DNA of 61,724 nucleotides, filler included, from Choristocarpus tenellus KU-1152 (GCA_964200185.2; 11 parts of 11 records of this genome joined end to end with filler, not necessarily neighbours in it), one strand, 5' to 3'. Positions 41,105-54,500 are shown, numbered from the whole stretch's first letter. The notes: generated from the letters alone by a model not told the origin. Numbers and translations are program-made.

Positions 41105-41895
41105 GTGTTATAAAAAATACGAATATCGAACAGTATATGATTTCATATTTAAAACAGATAGAGAGTATCAGTTTTTTGTGACCTTTTCGTTTCGGAACAT
41201 TTCAAACATATTAGATCAAGGAAGTATGTGGTTTGTATTTTTATTTGTTGATATTAAGAATAGAATATTTTTATTATTTCATAAAAACCCTAATGCATGT
41301 GTTTTGACTGTTCAAGGGTTTCGGGTGGTCCGACGGATCGCCCGAAACTCAAAAACCGCTTTTTGTCGACATTTGTATTTTTTTAAATACAAAAGTCGAC
41401 AAAAAGCGGTTTCAGTATTTTTAAAAATTATAGGGTACCAGTTTTTTTGTAACCTTTTAGTTTCGGAATATTGGAAACGTATAAGACCAATAAAGTACGT
41501 GCTTTGTATTTTTTTAAATTGTAAGAACGGATATAATCGGATTTACTATTCCTAAAAACCCTAATGCACGTGTTTTGGCAGTTCAAGGGTTTCGGGTGAT
41601 CCGACGGATCGCCCGAAACTCAAAAACCGCTTTTTGTCGACATTTGTACTTTTAAAAATATATGTCGAACAATATAAGATTTTGTACTTAAAACAATTAG
41701 AGGGTGTCAGTTTTTTGTGACCTTTTGTTTTCGGAACATTGGAAACGTACAAGATCAATAAAGTATGTGCTTTGTATTTTATAAAATTGAAATTACGAAC
41801 GTAATCGAATTTTTAATTTCTAAAAACCATAATGCACGTATTTTCCGGATCATGGATCTCAGGGTGGTCCGACGGATCGCCCGAAGCTCAAACAT
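41105..41895. repeat. Three tandem AT-rich ~270-bp units, each with a 35-bp GC-rich palindrome
   Basis: GGGTTTCGGGTGRTCCGACGGATCGCCCGAAACTC at 41316, 41587 and (variant) ~41854; flanking blocks repeat with the same period. Confidence 0.92.
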
Positions 41896-42133
41896 CGTTC
41901 ATACACCCGGCTTCGAATTCAATTCTATTGTGCCCAAGACCGACTGTTGCCTGAGACCAGATTAGAATCTAGTTTTTATTTCATCACAGCAAGAATATAT
42001 GCGTTTTCCAGAACACGGATTTTATTTTGGTCCGATGGGTCTCTTCAAATTCAAACATCATACGCCTGGCTTTGAATTCAATTCACTCCTAGACCTTTTC
42101 ACTGCCCAAGACCGCCGGTTGCCCGAAAACACC

Positions 42134-42610
42134 ATGACAGTTGCTCCCACAGCAAGGGGGTGGCTTTTGTCGCCTGCGCCGCCCCCTGTGTTGCCCCCTT
42201 ATCAGCCCGCCAACAATGATGCGCTGGAGCTTTCTACCATTGACGCTTCAGCGACCGGCGCGAAGCTTCGCTGAGAATGGGCTGAACCCATCCTGGTCAA
42301 CGAACAGGGTGACTGCTGCAAGCGCTTAGCCTGTGTGAAGAAAGTTCGCGGCAGATAGCGAGTCCTTCCTTGCCCGCACATTGGCGAAAGAGCAGGATAT
42401 CATCCAGGCGTGTGAGAACCGCCGCGATCGCAAGCACTTCGTTGGTGACCGTGTACTTATCATTAAGTTGGGGCCTGGAGGCGGATCTATGCTCACGGCC
42501 GGCATTCCTGTTTGTACGCAGTTTTTCAAGGCATCGTTCGGAATATCCAATCATGCCATCGACGCTTGCAAAGGTACACCTAATGCAAGAGCATCCTCCG
42601 GCGTGGAGAG
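42134..42610 (+). pseudogene. First exon of a Sola/DUF7869-type transposase (one stop, one frameshift)
   Basis: ATG at 42134; DCCKRLAC and IPVCTQFFKASFGIS (VCxxFFxxxxGIS, typical of the Sola-type N-terminus); donor AG|gtggg. Confidence 0.7.
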
Positions 42611-43137
42611 GTGGGTTTGATGTATGTACACAATGTTATTTGTACTCGGTATTGTTTTGATGTGCGACAAACTTGTTGGGAACGGCAAAAAGATTCCTAC
42701 CAAGATCTTGACAGTTCTACGGTCTGCTATCGAGGCGAGGGAAAGGGGGGGGTTTGTGGGAGAAGGACGGAAGACTAAATTCAAGGGACGAGGAGAGGAG
42801 AGGNNNNNNNNNNNNNNNNNNNNNNNNNNNNNNNNNNNNNNNNNNNNTTAATTAATTAANNNNNNNNNNNNNNNNNNNNNNNNNNNNNNNNNNNNNNNNN
42901 NNNCCCCTCCCCCTCCCCCCCCCCCACACCCAACAAACCCCCCCCCCCCCCCCCCCCCCCCACCCCCACCAACCCCCCCCCCCCCCCCCCCCCCTGCAAA
43001 CATATTTGAATTTTAAATGCTAAGGACAAAACACCTAAGCACTATCAATACACACACACTCTCTCAAAAACCAAACCAGTCCCCCCCCCCCTCCCCCCCC
43101 TCCTCCCCTCCCCTCCCACCAACATTCAACCACAAAC

Positions 43138-45773
43138 CTGAGCCATCGGCGTCGCTCCCTCCTCCGGCCCCCTGGCAGCAAATATCGTATGCAGCGCCTT
43201 CTGGTCGGCAAGCAGCTGATCAGATTCATCCTGTAGCTCAATACGCAGCATCTCATCTGTCTTGGACTCCTCAACAACCTCCCTTGTCAAGAACATCTGC
43301 CCCGGAATGGTCGGATTCATTCCAAACGATTCAGAGTTCACGTCCAGAATATACGCCTGCCTGAACTTGCTCCTGTTCATCAGCAGCAGGTCAAACCGCT
43401 GCTTCTCCACCCAAACCCCGTCCATCCCGTCCTCTCCGTAGAGGAATTGCACCACCTGATCGTTTTTCATTGGACGATACGTTGCCGGTCAACACTGGAG
43501 CAAAAGTATATCTTAGAGAGGGTAGACCCACTTCCATTTGGGGACCAAAATCCAATGTTGCGATTTTGATGGAATCCTTGACCATCGTGTTTGTTAGGAA
43601 GTGTCAATATCCATGTTCCGGACACACCTTTTCATAACGTACACGTTTTACCTACTCCGAAACATTTTGGAGTAAGTAAATGTCATTTAAAAAATAAATA
43701 AATGGGAAGCCAAGCCCCAAATGGACAAACAGGGCAAAACTCGTACCTTCTGAGATACTTTCACTCACTGGTTACTCCGTACAACAGAAGGAGTAGCTCT
43801 GACCACGGGTCAGGATATTCCTCAGAATAATGCCAACATAATAATAATGATTGCACAAGTGTTGTCAGGGTTAGGGTTACTTGTTTGTCCATCATCATCG
43901 ACAAAATTTCGAGGTGCTGTAGGCTAAACACCGGGGGCTGCCGTGTCCTTAATCATCTTTGCAGTTTCACCACGAGAGAGACTCAGCGAGCAAACACACA
44001 ATCAACGATATCGCTATCAACGGATGAATACATTCCACACCTAAGGTCATTTCCAGCACTGCCATCTAATCAACACTCTCCATAATCATGTGACACACAC
44101 TTCCCACCTATTCCATCCCCTAAATGCTTTCCCACAGCACACTAAATGCCCCCCCCCCATCCGTTCCCTCACTTGATTATTTTGGTTCCGCAGGGTCCCA
44201 TCATACTTGGCACTAACTGCCTCCAATGCCTTCACCAACCGACGTTGTATATAGCCAGTCTCAGCTGTTTTCACCGCAGTATCAATAAGACCTTCTCGAC
44301 CTCCCATAGCATGGAAGAAGAACTCCTGTTCCATAGTGTGTGTGTGTGTGTGCGTGTGTTTGATGTAGTTTTTACATTTTTTTTGTTTTGTACATACGTG
44401 CGTTTGGAAAGCAGGTGTAGGTACCCAACAAAAAAATAAAAATAAAAATAGTCTAAAAAAAGACAAAAAGAGGTAACCAACCATCAAAAGCCTTTCTACA
44501 AGTTTCATCCCACTGAACACAACACCAAATCACTTACATCACGCACTGACAGTCATACACTACTACCCTGTACCCCCCCCCCCCACACTGCCCAGACACA
44601 GGCCAAGACAACACAAGACAGACCAAAGCACCATCAATGATCATGTCCTCGGGCCAACCCATAGAATAACAAAGGTGCACAAACTTGTCTAGGGAGTAGA
44701 AACTTATCTTCTCACTTCTGCAGCCTCCTATCTATTACAAACTAGAAGGATTACACTTGCGATTTTGGTGATATTGCAGAAGTGGCGTGTTTAAGGATAA
44801 ACGCAGACATCTCTCCCTCTCGGGCAACCTGCCATGATATCAAAATGGCGCCAATTCCCCTACCATGAATCCAATTTCACCTGTGGGGAAAGGCCTCTCA
44901 GGTAGGAATTCTCTACAAATCCTCTGCTCTCTGGACCCAGGTCATCCTGCAACAAGCACACACAAACACAACGCACGAAGGGCCAGTTTCAGTAGAGCAC
45001 ATTTAGGTATTCGGGTAAGCACGGGATTGCTGGCGCATTTCATCTCATTTGTACATTCAATATCAAACAATCATTTACAACATTATCTTTTTCAATGCTA
45101 AGTCCATGCACGTCACCTTTAAAACTATCACAACCGACGTAACTAAACAAAAAACAAAAATAAAAACACACAAAAATCACCCCTGTTCTGACCTCTCCCC
45201 CCCTTCCAACCCTCCCAAAGTCAATACGACCTTGCTCAACACTCAACACCCAATACAAACACCCCAAAACAGCATACGACTCCTTCAAGAGACCATTGCA
45301 AGACCCTTGGTGGCTGAAGGCACAGTGAGCACACACCATAATGCTACACGAATCATACCAACTCTGACTTGGGGGCATCACTGACTTCAAACAACCCCTA
45401 CAACTGCACCACAGCATGTAAATCTTCATTGTGGTGTAGCAGTGGAACTTTCAGCCTGCAATACATTCACACCTAAATCTTTTTCCACAGGGACACCCTC
45501 CTGAGTAAGTAACACAATCACAACCTTGAGGCACGGGCATGGAGTCAACAGCACAAAGTCAACCCAACCCTAACCCTCATAGGTGCGCTTCACCTGCATC
45601 ACCTCAAGTCCAGCAATACATACATACACAATACATACATAATACATACACAGAGAGTACGTCATTGGTATTGGGTGTCAGCTGACCTTTGCGAAGTGAG
45701 GAAGAGTTCGCCTCTTGAATCCATATGGAATGCGCTGACCCTCCACGTTCTGCTGTCCCACACATGCCAAAAT
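43138..45773 (-). CDS. RPB1: RNA polymerase II largest subunit, internal exons (45773-45687, 44946-44881, 44325-44173, 43455-43138)
   Basis: [23 protein letters not shown]; [19 protein letters not shown]; [31 protein letters not shown]; QFLYGEDG. Confidence 0.97.
43498..43766 (+). mobile_element. MITE family A, TSD ACTG, in an RPB1 intron
   Basis: Both TIRs present; ACTG on both sides. Confidence 0.95.
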
Positions 45774-46309
45774 CTGTAAAAAAAATAATATAAATAAAAA
45801 ACAAAGTCAAAAACAATTAAAAAAAAGGATTGTGAGGAAAAATATTCTGTGGTGAGGTACAAGGACTACTACCATTACATACGTACTATATAACATTACA
45901 TATGTACTATATAACATTACATGTGTGTGTATGTTGTCGATTGAGATGGAGCGTATTAGGCATACTAAGTAGCATTCACAATAAAAAAACACACACACAC
46001 ACCAACAAATCATCAAGATCAACATCATCAGTAGGGGGGGGGGGGTGTTGCTATAAAATTGTTGGCCTTAAGCCAAAGCTTCACCTCCACTCCAAAGCAG
46101 TGCACCATTGCCCCTGAAAGACTACAGCCTGCAGTAGAGAGACCACGCTACCCCAGGCACAAAAAACCTCCTTCTCAGATACACCCTACATTCCCCCCCC
46201 CCCCCCCCCNNNNNNNNNNNNNNNNNNNNNNNNNNNNNNNNNNNNNNNNNNNNTTAATTAATTAANNNNNNNNNNNNNNNNNNNNNNNNNNNNNNNNNNN
46301 NNNNNNNNN

Positions 46310-49300
46310 GTTTCCATGGTTCGCCAATGTCAACGTAGCACGAGGCCAACCCCGTCGACGGGAGTCAGCTTCTTCCTTGTCGCTGTCCGATGAGGAAGAG
46401 TCTGTTTCCTCGAGCCCGCCGAGATCATAGTCACCGCTGACGAGATTATCTCCTCCACCCGAGCGTTCGCCCTGGTCAGTGTCTTCGACGTCGCTGGTAC
46501 CAGTTCTAGCACCATCGTCATCGGTGGGAAGCCAATGGACAGGGAGGTCGAACTCTCGTTCCCCTGTCTTTCTGAGAAGCCGCACAGACTCGCTTTGCTC
46601 GTGTTTCGCTCTCCGAACGGCTTCATTGTCTGTGAAGGTGGAATCCATGAGCACGAGAACATCAACGGTATGGAAGCATGAATGTTACTTTGTAAGCAGG
46701 CGTGAGGTTTCACGGATGCGCTCGGGGAGCATGCAGTGAGAGGGAGGGTGTATATTTCGTCGGATTCGTATCTGTTGAGTACAAGACCGATACCCTCAAA
46801 ACATTTATCGGGAGTAATCTATAGTACTTTTTATTGTAACATGCGACGATCACTACGCAGGAGGATGGAAAATTTTTCGAGATTGTTTTCGTAAAGGGGA
46901 TAAAGGCTGCCTCTTCCAGAAGTTGCACCAGATTTTTTTGGCTGCCACCGAATATAAAAACTAGTCATCAACTCCTCTCACGAAAAAATCGACTTACACA
47001 GTGGGTACGCAGCAGCGAGGCGCTCGTGCGATGCCTGGTACCGCTGCTCCACCTTCAGGATGACGTGTTCAGGAACGCTCCTGAGCTGGTAGGGTGGTGC
47101 ATCTTGGATACGAGGCGGGTGGCCGATGAAGAGGTCGTGTGGAGGGGCGTTGGGGTCGATAGCAAGGTCTACCCCTATTCCACTCCATTCGGTGCTGTGC
47201 ATGTATCTCTAAACGCTAACCTTAACCCGCGCCCATCACCGCCTTTTTCAACGCGAAAAGCCCTGTAGCTCGTGATGTTGGGGACACGGTTGACGCGACC
47301 GCAAAGGAGTCCCTTGAAGTTTCCCTGATTCCGTAGGGTCTTGCAGTAGACAGGAACCTCTGTGAATATGCTCTTCCCTTTTATACCACGTGAGAACCTG
47401 AAGGTGAAACGGAAGCAAGTTAGTTTTGAGGCGGGGGTGAAAGAAACGAAGTGGAGAAGCAAGATATATATGCAGGCACATGCTCCTCAGCATGTATATG
47501 GAAGTATAGATATAATAAGGGGAGATGCGTACATTTTTTTATTGTTTTGTTTCTACAGTAGTTTACGAAACATTTTTGGCAGCTGCTGTTATCTTTCAAT
47601 TTCTTGGTGGGGAAATCAAAAGCCAATCAATCAATTACAGTGTATAACCATAAACCATGCATGGATGCAACAAGCATGAGCCGCAAGCCTCAAGGTAGTA
47701 TCTGTCCGTATCAAAACATTATGTGGCTATCGCATTTGCATGTCTTGCCTAATTACCTGGAGAAGATCTGATCGATTTTGATGTGCGTGTGCCCCACCAT
47801 CATAACATGTATCTCGAGCGCACGAATGATACTCGCCGTGACCAACAGCCCCGCATATCCGAGAAAGAAATTGTTCTTGTTCTCTGAGACGCAGTTGTCG
47901 ACCTGGCCAGCTTGGGGAGTTGGGAGCGAGGGAGGGATAGGCGTGAGGCCGATATGTCAGCCCATTTCGCCGCGTTTCGTGGAGGAACAGGGTATGTTTC
48001 CAGTAGTGCTAGAGCGCAAGGTCTACATCACCACCATAATACATGCAAGAAGCAACACACTAACCAAAACTAAAGACCGTGCAGTTAGATTTTTGGTGAC
48101 CGGTATTCAGTGAGTATGTGTTGAGTAGGTCGTGTCAAGATGAAACGTTTTTACCTGCCAATGCGCGTGCTGGATGATGTGACTCCCCGCTTGATCGAGG
48201 TTGTTGTGGTACTTGTCAATAAGCCTAGTGAGGGCAAGGTGGGTGGCTGTGCAGACAAGGTTACAACCTGTGCGAAAGATGATGTCCGTCGTTAGTTGGC
48301 AAATAGTACTCTGCTTACTTTCGCGTTGTATATTTGGAGCTAAAAAGAGGGGTAATGGAATTTGTTTTTGCATTGTAGAGCACATACACCTGAATGGCTG
48401 ATATACATGTCTGTGGGTTTCCCTCCTCGTTGATTAGATCTTACGCTCCTCTCGCCCTAACCCTAAGCTGATGCGTAGGATGGCAGGGGAGCACAGCGCA
48501 TCATCAGTTAATCGACTGTTCACTAGGTCTGCGGTATATGTAGGCACATGGTGTAGGGATGTACTCGTCCTCGGGTATCTAATCTTAGGCAGGTCCACTT
48601 GCCACGACAGTAAATGAGTGGTGCGTGCGCTAAAGCATCTATTCAGTCATGTGATTGTTTGCCACGACCAACATTACGTACCTCCTCCAAGATTGATAGG
48701 AGTGAAGAACACCTCTGCGAACTGGCCATCGACGTGTGCAGCCATGATTTTCTGGCGCTCGGAGTAGCCCCTGATAAGAAGGACATGAACCAAAGAATCG
48801 TGTAAAGAAAGGTTCTACTCTGCGTCGTCATCATGACGATCGGAATAGGTAGTGGAATTATGTGAGTCTGTTTTGGCGGTTATTTCTTGGGACTTTGCAC
48901 TCATTCGTAGAATAAAACAGGGTCGTCAATTCTGTTCTGCGTGTGGCTGCACAGACTTGTTGTCAGATGGACTATGCGTGCGTGTGGTTACCTGTCACCG
49001 CCGTGGGTAGGTGGGTAAAGTGCTGGGAGGGCGTGTGCTGTCTTTTCTCGGCGTCTACGGACATCAACACGAAGTCGAGAGGCTTGCCGTCGGCTTTGGC
49101 CCGCATGGCGCTGCTGGTGCGGTTGGCGATGACCAGCCGATCCGCTTGGATAATCTGGCGAATGGGGGAGAGCAACATCACGTCTGTAAATCAATTAAAT
49201 CTGCTCAGAGCTGTAAAAAAATAGCCACTTGTTAACACGTATCAGGTTAGTAACAAAATAGAGCATAGGTTAAAAAAAATGTTTGTCTTTGGATATGTTT

Positions 49301-50573
49301 TTTAATGCTGCATTCAATACAAACACAGTATTATCGGGATTATCGGAAGCACGTACGTACGGGGCCTGAGAAGCCGCTACAGTACCTGTCCGTCCTACAT
49401 CCCGTTGTACACGACCAGGAAGCAGTCTCATACAACGTGTGTGGGAAGGTAATAAGAACATTTTTGCAGTGATTGAGGGTTAGGCTGCTGCCATTAGCAC
49501 CTTCGTGGAAGTCTTCATTCGCAAATGGAAACAGACATTCAAAATGGAGGGCAATGACGGTGACATATTGCCACTGTACACTTGTTGCAAAATCAACGCT
49601 GGGCACATACCTCTCGATAGTCTGACAGCTCCTTATCGATGGACTCGAGGATAGTGGAGTCGTTCGTGGGTTTTACACCAGGCGCACCGTGCCGCTTCTC
49701 TTTTAAGGTGACACATATGTCACATTTCATAAACTCACCTCCTACCCTCACCCTGATGTTGGGCCTGTCCTCTCTGAGCAACCGGAGGAAGTGCACCCTG
49801 CTTACCTGTTTGGAAGGGTCGTCAGGATACACCCGTATTGCCTCTTTGCAAAAATCCTTGTATAGCTCCTAATTAAAAATGTTGGTTGTGTGGGCAAGTG
49901 AGGAGTTGTTGAGAAGGAACACTCGAAGAACACCCCTGGAAGATCTCTCGGAGGCGGGCTGAGCAATAACTTGACTGAGAATGCGGAAGACAGGATCAAG
50001 CAAGCTTACATCGTGCGTAACGAAAGAGCAAACACAATGATCTTCGTAAATCTGCCATGAGCGTAATTCTGTTCGGGCCTCGCTGCCGTTTACAGAAGCG
50101 GCAAAGGAGGCGAATATACCATCATAATCATCATCATCGCGAAGCGTTTTAGACACACGAAGTACACACTTTTCCTTTCAATGTCAGACCGGGACCGGGG
50201 CCGCAGAGTATGTGTACACGACGTCGAAATAACAGTTACTGTGCCTTCCTTCGTAAAAGTGACGAAGAGTATCATCATCAACATTGTAGTCTCAACATAG
50301 CAAACGAAATAATAGCCCTTGGTACGAATCTTCACATGTTCTTTGAACCTTAATATCAGACCGGTCCAAGTAATGAACATTCTCCAACACAGGGTGCGGC
50401 CAACCTCTCCACAACTAACGGCAAAAACTACCTGTTTGTTCGCGGCGTAGATCACAATTGTGGACTTGTGAGGCATGAACTGCCCGTATGTATCAGCCCA
50501 GTAGTCTATCCAGGACATCACCAGGTCTCGCTTCGGAGCCATGTCCTTATCTTTGCTCGTAACGTTCCTATTG
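46310..50573 (-). pseudogene. Intron-rich Sola/DUF7869-type DDD transposase, 8 exons (50573-50432, 49868-49611, 49154-48992, 48770-48682, 48267-48155, 47902-47757, 47397-46998, 46629-contig end)
   Basis: YGQFMPH; FMKCDIC; LMSVDA (first D); QVDNCVSENKNN (second D); MVGHTHIKIDQIFSR (third D); all GT-AG; at least two frameshifts. Confidence 0.88.
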
Positions 50574-50810
50574 CTGTAGCGCACGTATGTATATAAATGG
50601 ATGGGAGATGTGTTAGAGGTGGATACAAGGGACGGGGGATGGAATCCTAGAAGGATCGTATGCCAGCAGCGGATCTCTAATTCTGTAGATAATTACGCGT
50701 GGTAACGAGTNNNNNNNNNNNNNNNNNNNNNNNNNNNNNNNNNNNNNNNNNNNNTTAATTAATTAANNNNNNNNNNNNNNNNNNNNNNNNNNNNNNNNNN
50801 NNNNNNNNNN

Positions 50811-51215
50811 CTTAAAAAGTGCCGCAACATTTGCAAAAAAAACATATTGGCACTTTTTCCCGCACCATTTTCGGTCAAAACCATCCTCAAAAGTACGCTC
50901 CATCCTCAATTTTTAAAATCCACTGTTCATTGGAAAAAAGAGCATTTGCTTCAGTACTTAATTGTGGTGTCACTTTGTGTGTGGAAAGGGGGAATATCGA
51001 CTTTGCGTACACCATCAAAATGACTACTTTTTCTCATTCTTCTATCTCGCTCTCTATATGCATGTGTATGTTTGTATAATATGCATTGTAGTATTTTTAA
51101 TGCGTAATCCATGGTGCACATAAAGCAATGATATAGAGTATATCCCGTAAGTGTAAGGACGATGGCTTAGAAAGCTTAAGGGGCCAAGCTATCCTACCTC
51201 GCAATTGTTTGACTC
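50811..51215 (+). mobile_element. MITE family D, right part
   Basis: Homologous to 19389-19708; ends TTTGACTC. Confidence 0.65.
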
Positions 51216-51235
51216 ACAGTTGCACTATCTCCTCC

Positions 51236-51501
51236 GAGCCAAAGTAAATAAATGAGGGGTACCCATATATTGGCCATTTCGCATTTTAAGTCTACTTTCA
51301 ATCTTTTGCAATTTATCCATGTTGCTATGGATGAACTTCCAAGTTTGTATTGAGAGCATTTATTTCTCTACTGTTTGAAACTTTTCCAACATAGTTGAGA
51401 AATATCCTACACATACTTTTAAAAAAATGTCAAATTTTGCATATTATATTTGTCAGCATCTGTGTAATGCAACTCTGAGTACCTCTCCTTTACTTTTACT
51501 C
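51236..51501 (+). mobile_element. MITE family C, full length
   Basis: TIRs GAGCCAAAGTAAA..GAGGGGTACC / GTACCTCTCCTTTACTTTTACTC. Confidence 0.8.
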
Positions 51502-54500
51502 CCCACATCCTGTGTACATGGCCTCTAACTCTCTCTCCCTCATTCCCTCTTCAGTCATGCAAAATATGGTAATAATGTGGAATATATAGTAACGAAAACG
51601 CGATTATTTGGCTTGTTGACCCCCTTCAGATTTGACCCTCTACAACTGCTTGTTGACTTGGTGAATTCTTGGACCTAGGTTCTATGGGAAGTATACAAAA
51701 AGGTCGGATGTTGTGGTCCTGACTCACTACAAACGTTCATGCGATCATGTAACAATCATTATCGGTGGCAAGTTGCTGAGTGAATAACTAGTTGTGGAAA
51801 CTTCCTACCCCCCCCCTTCCCCCACTGTAGCCACAAGTTGCCGGAATAGGGCTCAGCATATGTGAGTCTAAAATATGTTTGTAAAGCTCCATACAACAAT
51901 CTTTGATGTCACTATCGTCTAACATGAAACTGCCTCCATTCATACATTCTCGTTATCATATTCGACTTGTTACATGGGTGTATCAATTGGACGTAGTTCA
52001 ACCTTGTAATGACAGAGCACGAGTGATTCTTAGGTATGCAAGACAACTCGCCACTCTCCGACACACTTCAATATACCCCCTTGCCAAGCAATTGTGTCCC
52101 TGACCCTCTTCAGTGTATACGTGTATGTACCATTCGCGACATTGTACACCGGATAATATTGTTGTAGTAGTTGCTATGTTTTGGTGACAATATGACAAGA
52201 CTAGAGTCCGAAGCGTAACAATGGCAGTCCCCATTGGGTAGTTGGTGAGATGGAGTGGTGCAACCTTTTCAGGACAGTAATACTCGCTAGCGCAACCCAC
52301 TGGAACAAAGTTTTTGTATGAAGTACCATAGAAGGAAGGCACACAGAGCGTTGACTTTCCTAGGAGTGTGGTTCCGACTGGAACAAAACCACCGACTGTA
52401 GATTTTTTAAAGCGCATCGTGATAATGTAAAATGAGGTTCCAAGTATTACCTACCACCTCAGATCAGAATTTGAACAAACCATTTACAGAGTATTACCCT
52501 CAGAAAGTGTTTGGTCAAACACCAAATCATAATCGCTAGGAATTTGAAATGGTGACGGCCTTTCTATGGATGACATCATCTTAACAAAAACATATCGTTG
52601 TTGAGAAGGGAAGTGTTTGACCATGAGATGGGTACCTCCCTGTGGCACATGCAAGTGTTTTCCACACGCTCTACTATAACCCCATTGGGTGCGCTGACCC
52701 TGTAAACGATGATAATCAGGGTACAGGGATCAGGCCAGTTAAAGCGTTTTAGTTGAACAAAAAATACTCACAACAACAGAAAATATCAATATGTAAGTAC
52801 TTGAAAATGTGTGCTCTGCATGATCGATGACGGCATACATTTATTTGATTGATGATGTTGCATTGATACTGTTAATATTGAATAAAATCAATGAGTCGCT
52901 TCTCCTGTAAACGATTTGACATAACATCATTGCTTATTGTCCTATAATGCACGCTCCAACACATAGCGTGCTATTCACTTCATAGTCCACAACACATCAC
53001 AGTAATACTCCAATCAAAGAGAATACTAATTCTGTACTTCGGTGCATCATAGTCCTCCGGTAGTGGGTTTCGCTTTGTCCGATCACATGCACACACACAT
53101 TAAACAATAGGACACGACGGCCTATGGCAAAGGAGGCACTGTTGCACACCAAACTGCAAAAACAGGGGTGTCACATTGAGGCATATATATGCCAGTTTGT
53201 GCTGATGCAAAGTGCACAGCCTGTTAAGAATTCGGTATGGTGGCACAGGACATTACACATATTGCCTAGGTAACCTGTTGTAAAGACCATGTCAATGCAG
53301 GTGGACCATAGTTCATGGGAGATTTGTTAAGATGAAAGACAAATTGAACATTCATGGGAGTTAAGCAGGACTTGGTTGACACAAGTGATGTCTTGGGCTG
53401 AAGTGCCCATCCCCAAGTATTGTGCTGCTGGTTCAAGCACCATGAAGAGAAAACTTGTCTGACATGAAAGGGCATAAATGGACTGTATGTTGCAAGAACG
53501 ATAATGGAAGTAAGGCTATCACATGTATGCCCTGTTTTTGGTGTTGAAGAAATGTACTCTGAAGAATTTGTGAACATGGAAGAGCCGTAATCACTGAGGC
53601 CAGGGCATTCTTTCGAGTCAGGCGCTTTATATGAAGGTTCTCAAGGTACCTTGACAAGGCACTCTGTGTGGGGAGGTCAAAACCTACTTTCATACTATTT
53701 CCTCTAAAGTTTTACCTTCACATGGATGTTTGTGAGACAATACAAAAATAGTTTCAAAACTAGCAGGAACAAGTACAGCAGTGGGCGTGACAGACTGGTA
53801 AACAGAAAACAGAAAAATTAAAATTTCATATTCTACTACTAATAGTAACCGGACAATGCATTCCCTAGGCATCATTCATGCACATCACAAGGGGACAATG
53901 CAATATACACAGTACCACAGTCCGTTGTTGTTGGTACATGAGCTTTCCCTGTGAACCAAGGAAATGCCAAAATGGGCTGATTTAAAGCGACCAAATCTTG
54001 TCCAACAGAAGGTGCAGGCCTGCATGCTAATATGCTCTACGGAGGAGGTACAAACAGATGTCGGTCTATTCTGTTATCATGGAATCCACTCGGCATGGAT
54101 CATCACATCGCACAGGTCAATGGATGCAGAGGGTGTTTGTGTGTTTTTGTTGATGTTATGTGCAGTTGACCACAATTCCAATCAACCAACAACGGTTCTG
54201 ATTATAGAAAGTGAAGTCAACTGCCTTCATTGTCAACATTATCGGATTCATGATGCTGGACCAAGATGCACATGAAACCTTACAGTAAAAAATCAACTTT
54301 TGGTGTCTCTAAAGTAGCAGTGTAATCTGGGATTCAACAAAAATTCCAGCAAAAATACCTTAGAGAGGGAAAGGGGGGAGGGGACAGGACATCTACACAA
54401 TATGGAGGCAAGCTATCTAACTTTGTCTTAATTTCTCTCCTTACATCAAATATATAACTACACAGGCAAGTTCATTGAATCAAAACTCAACCACCAAGCC

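Noticed and set aside
41105-41895. Palindromic repeats as a CRISPR-like array
   Set aside because: The intervening ~235-bp segments are homologous to each other, so these are tandem units rather than unique spacers
51900-54300. Coding-like minus-strand ORF fragments (51998-52417, 53266-53693)
   Set aside because: Interrupted and with no recognisable family motif
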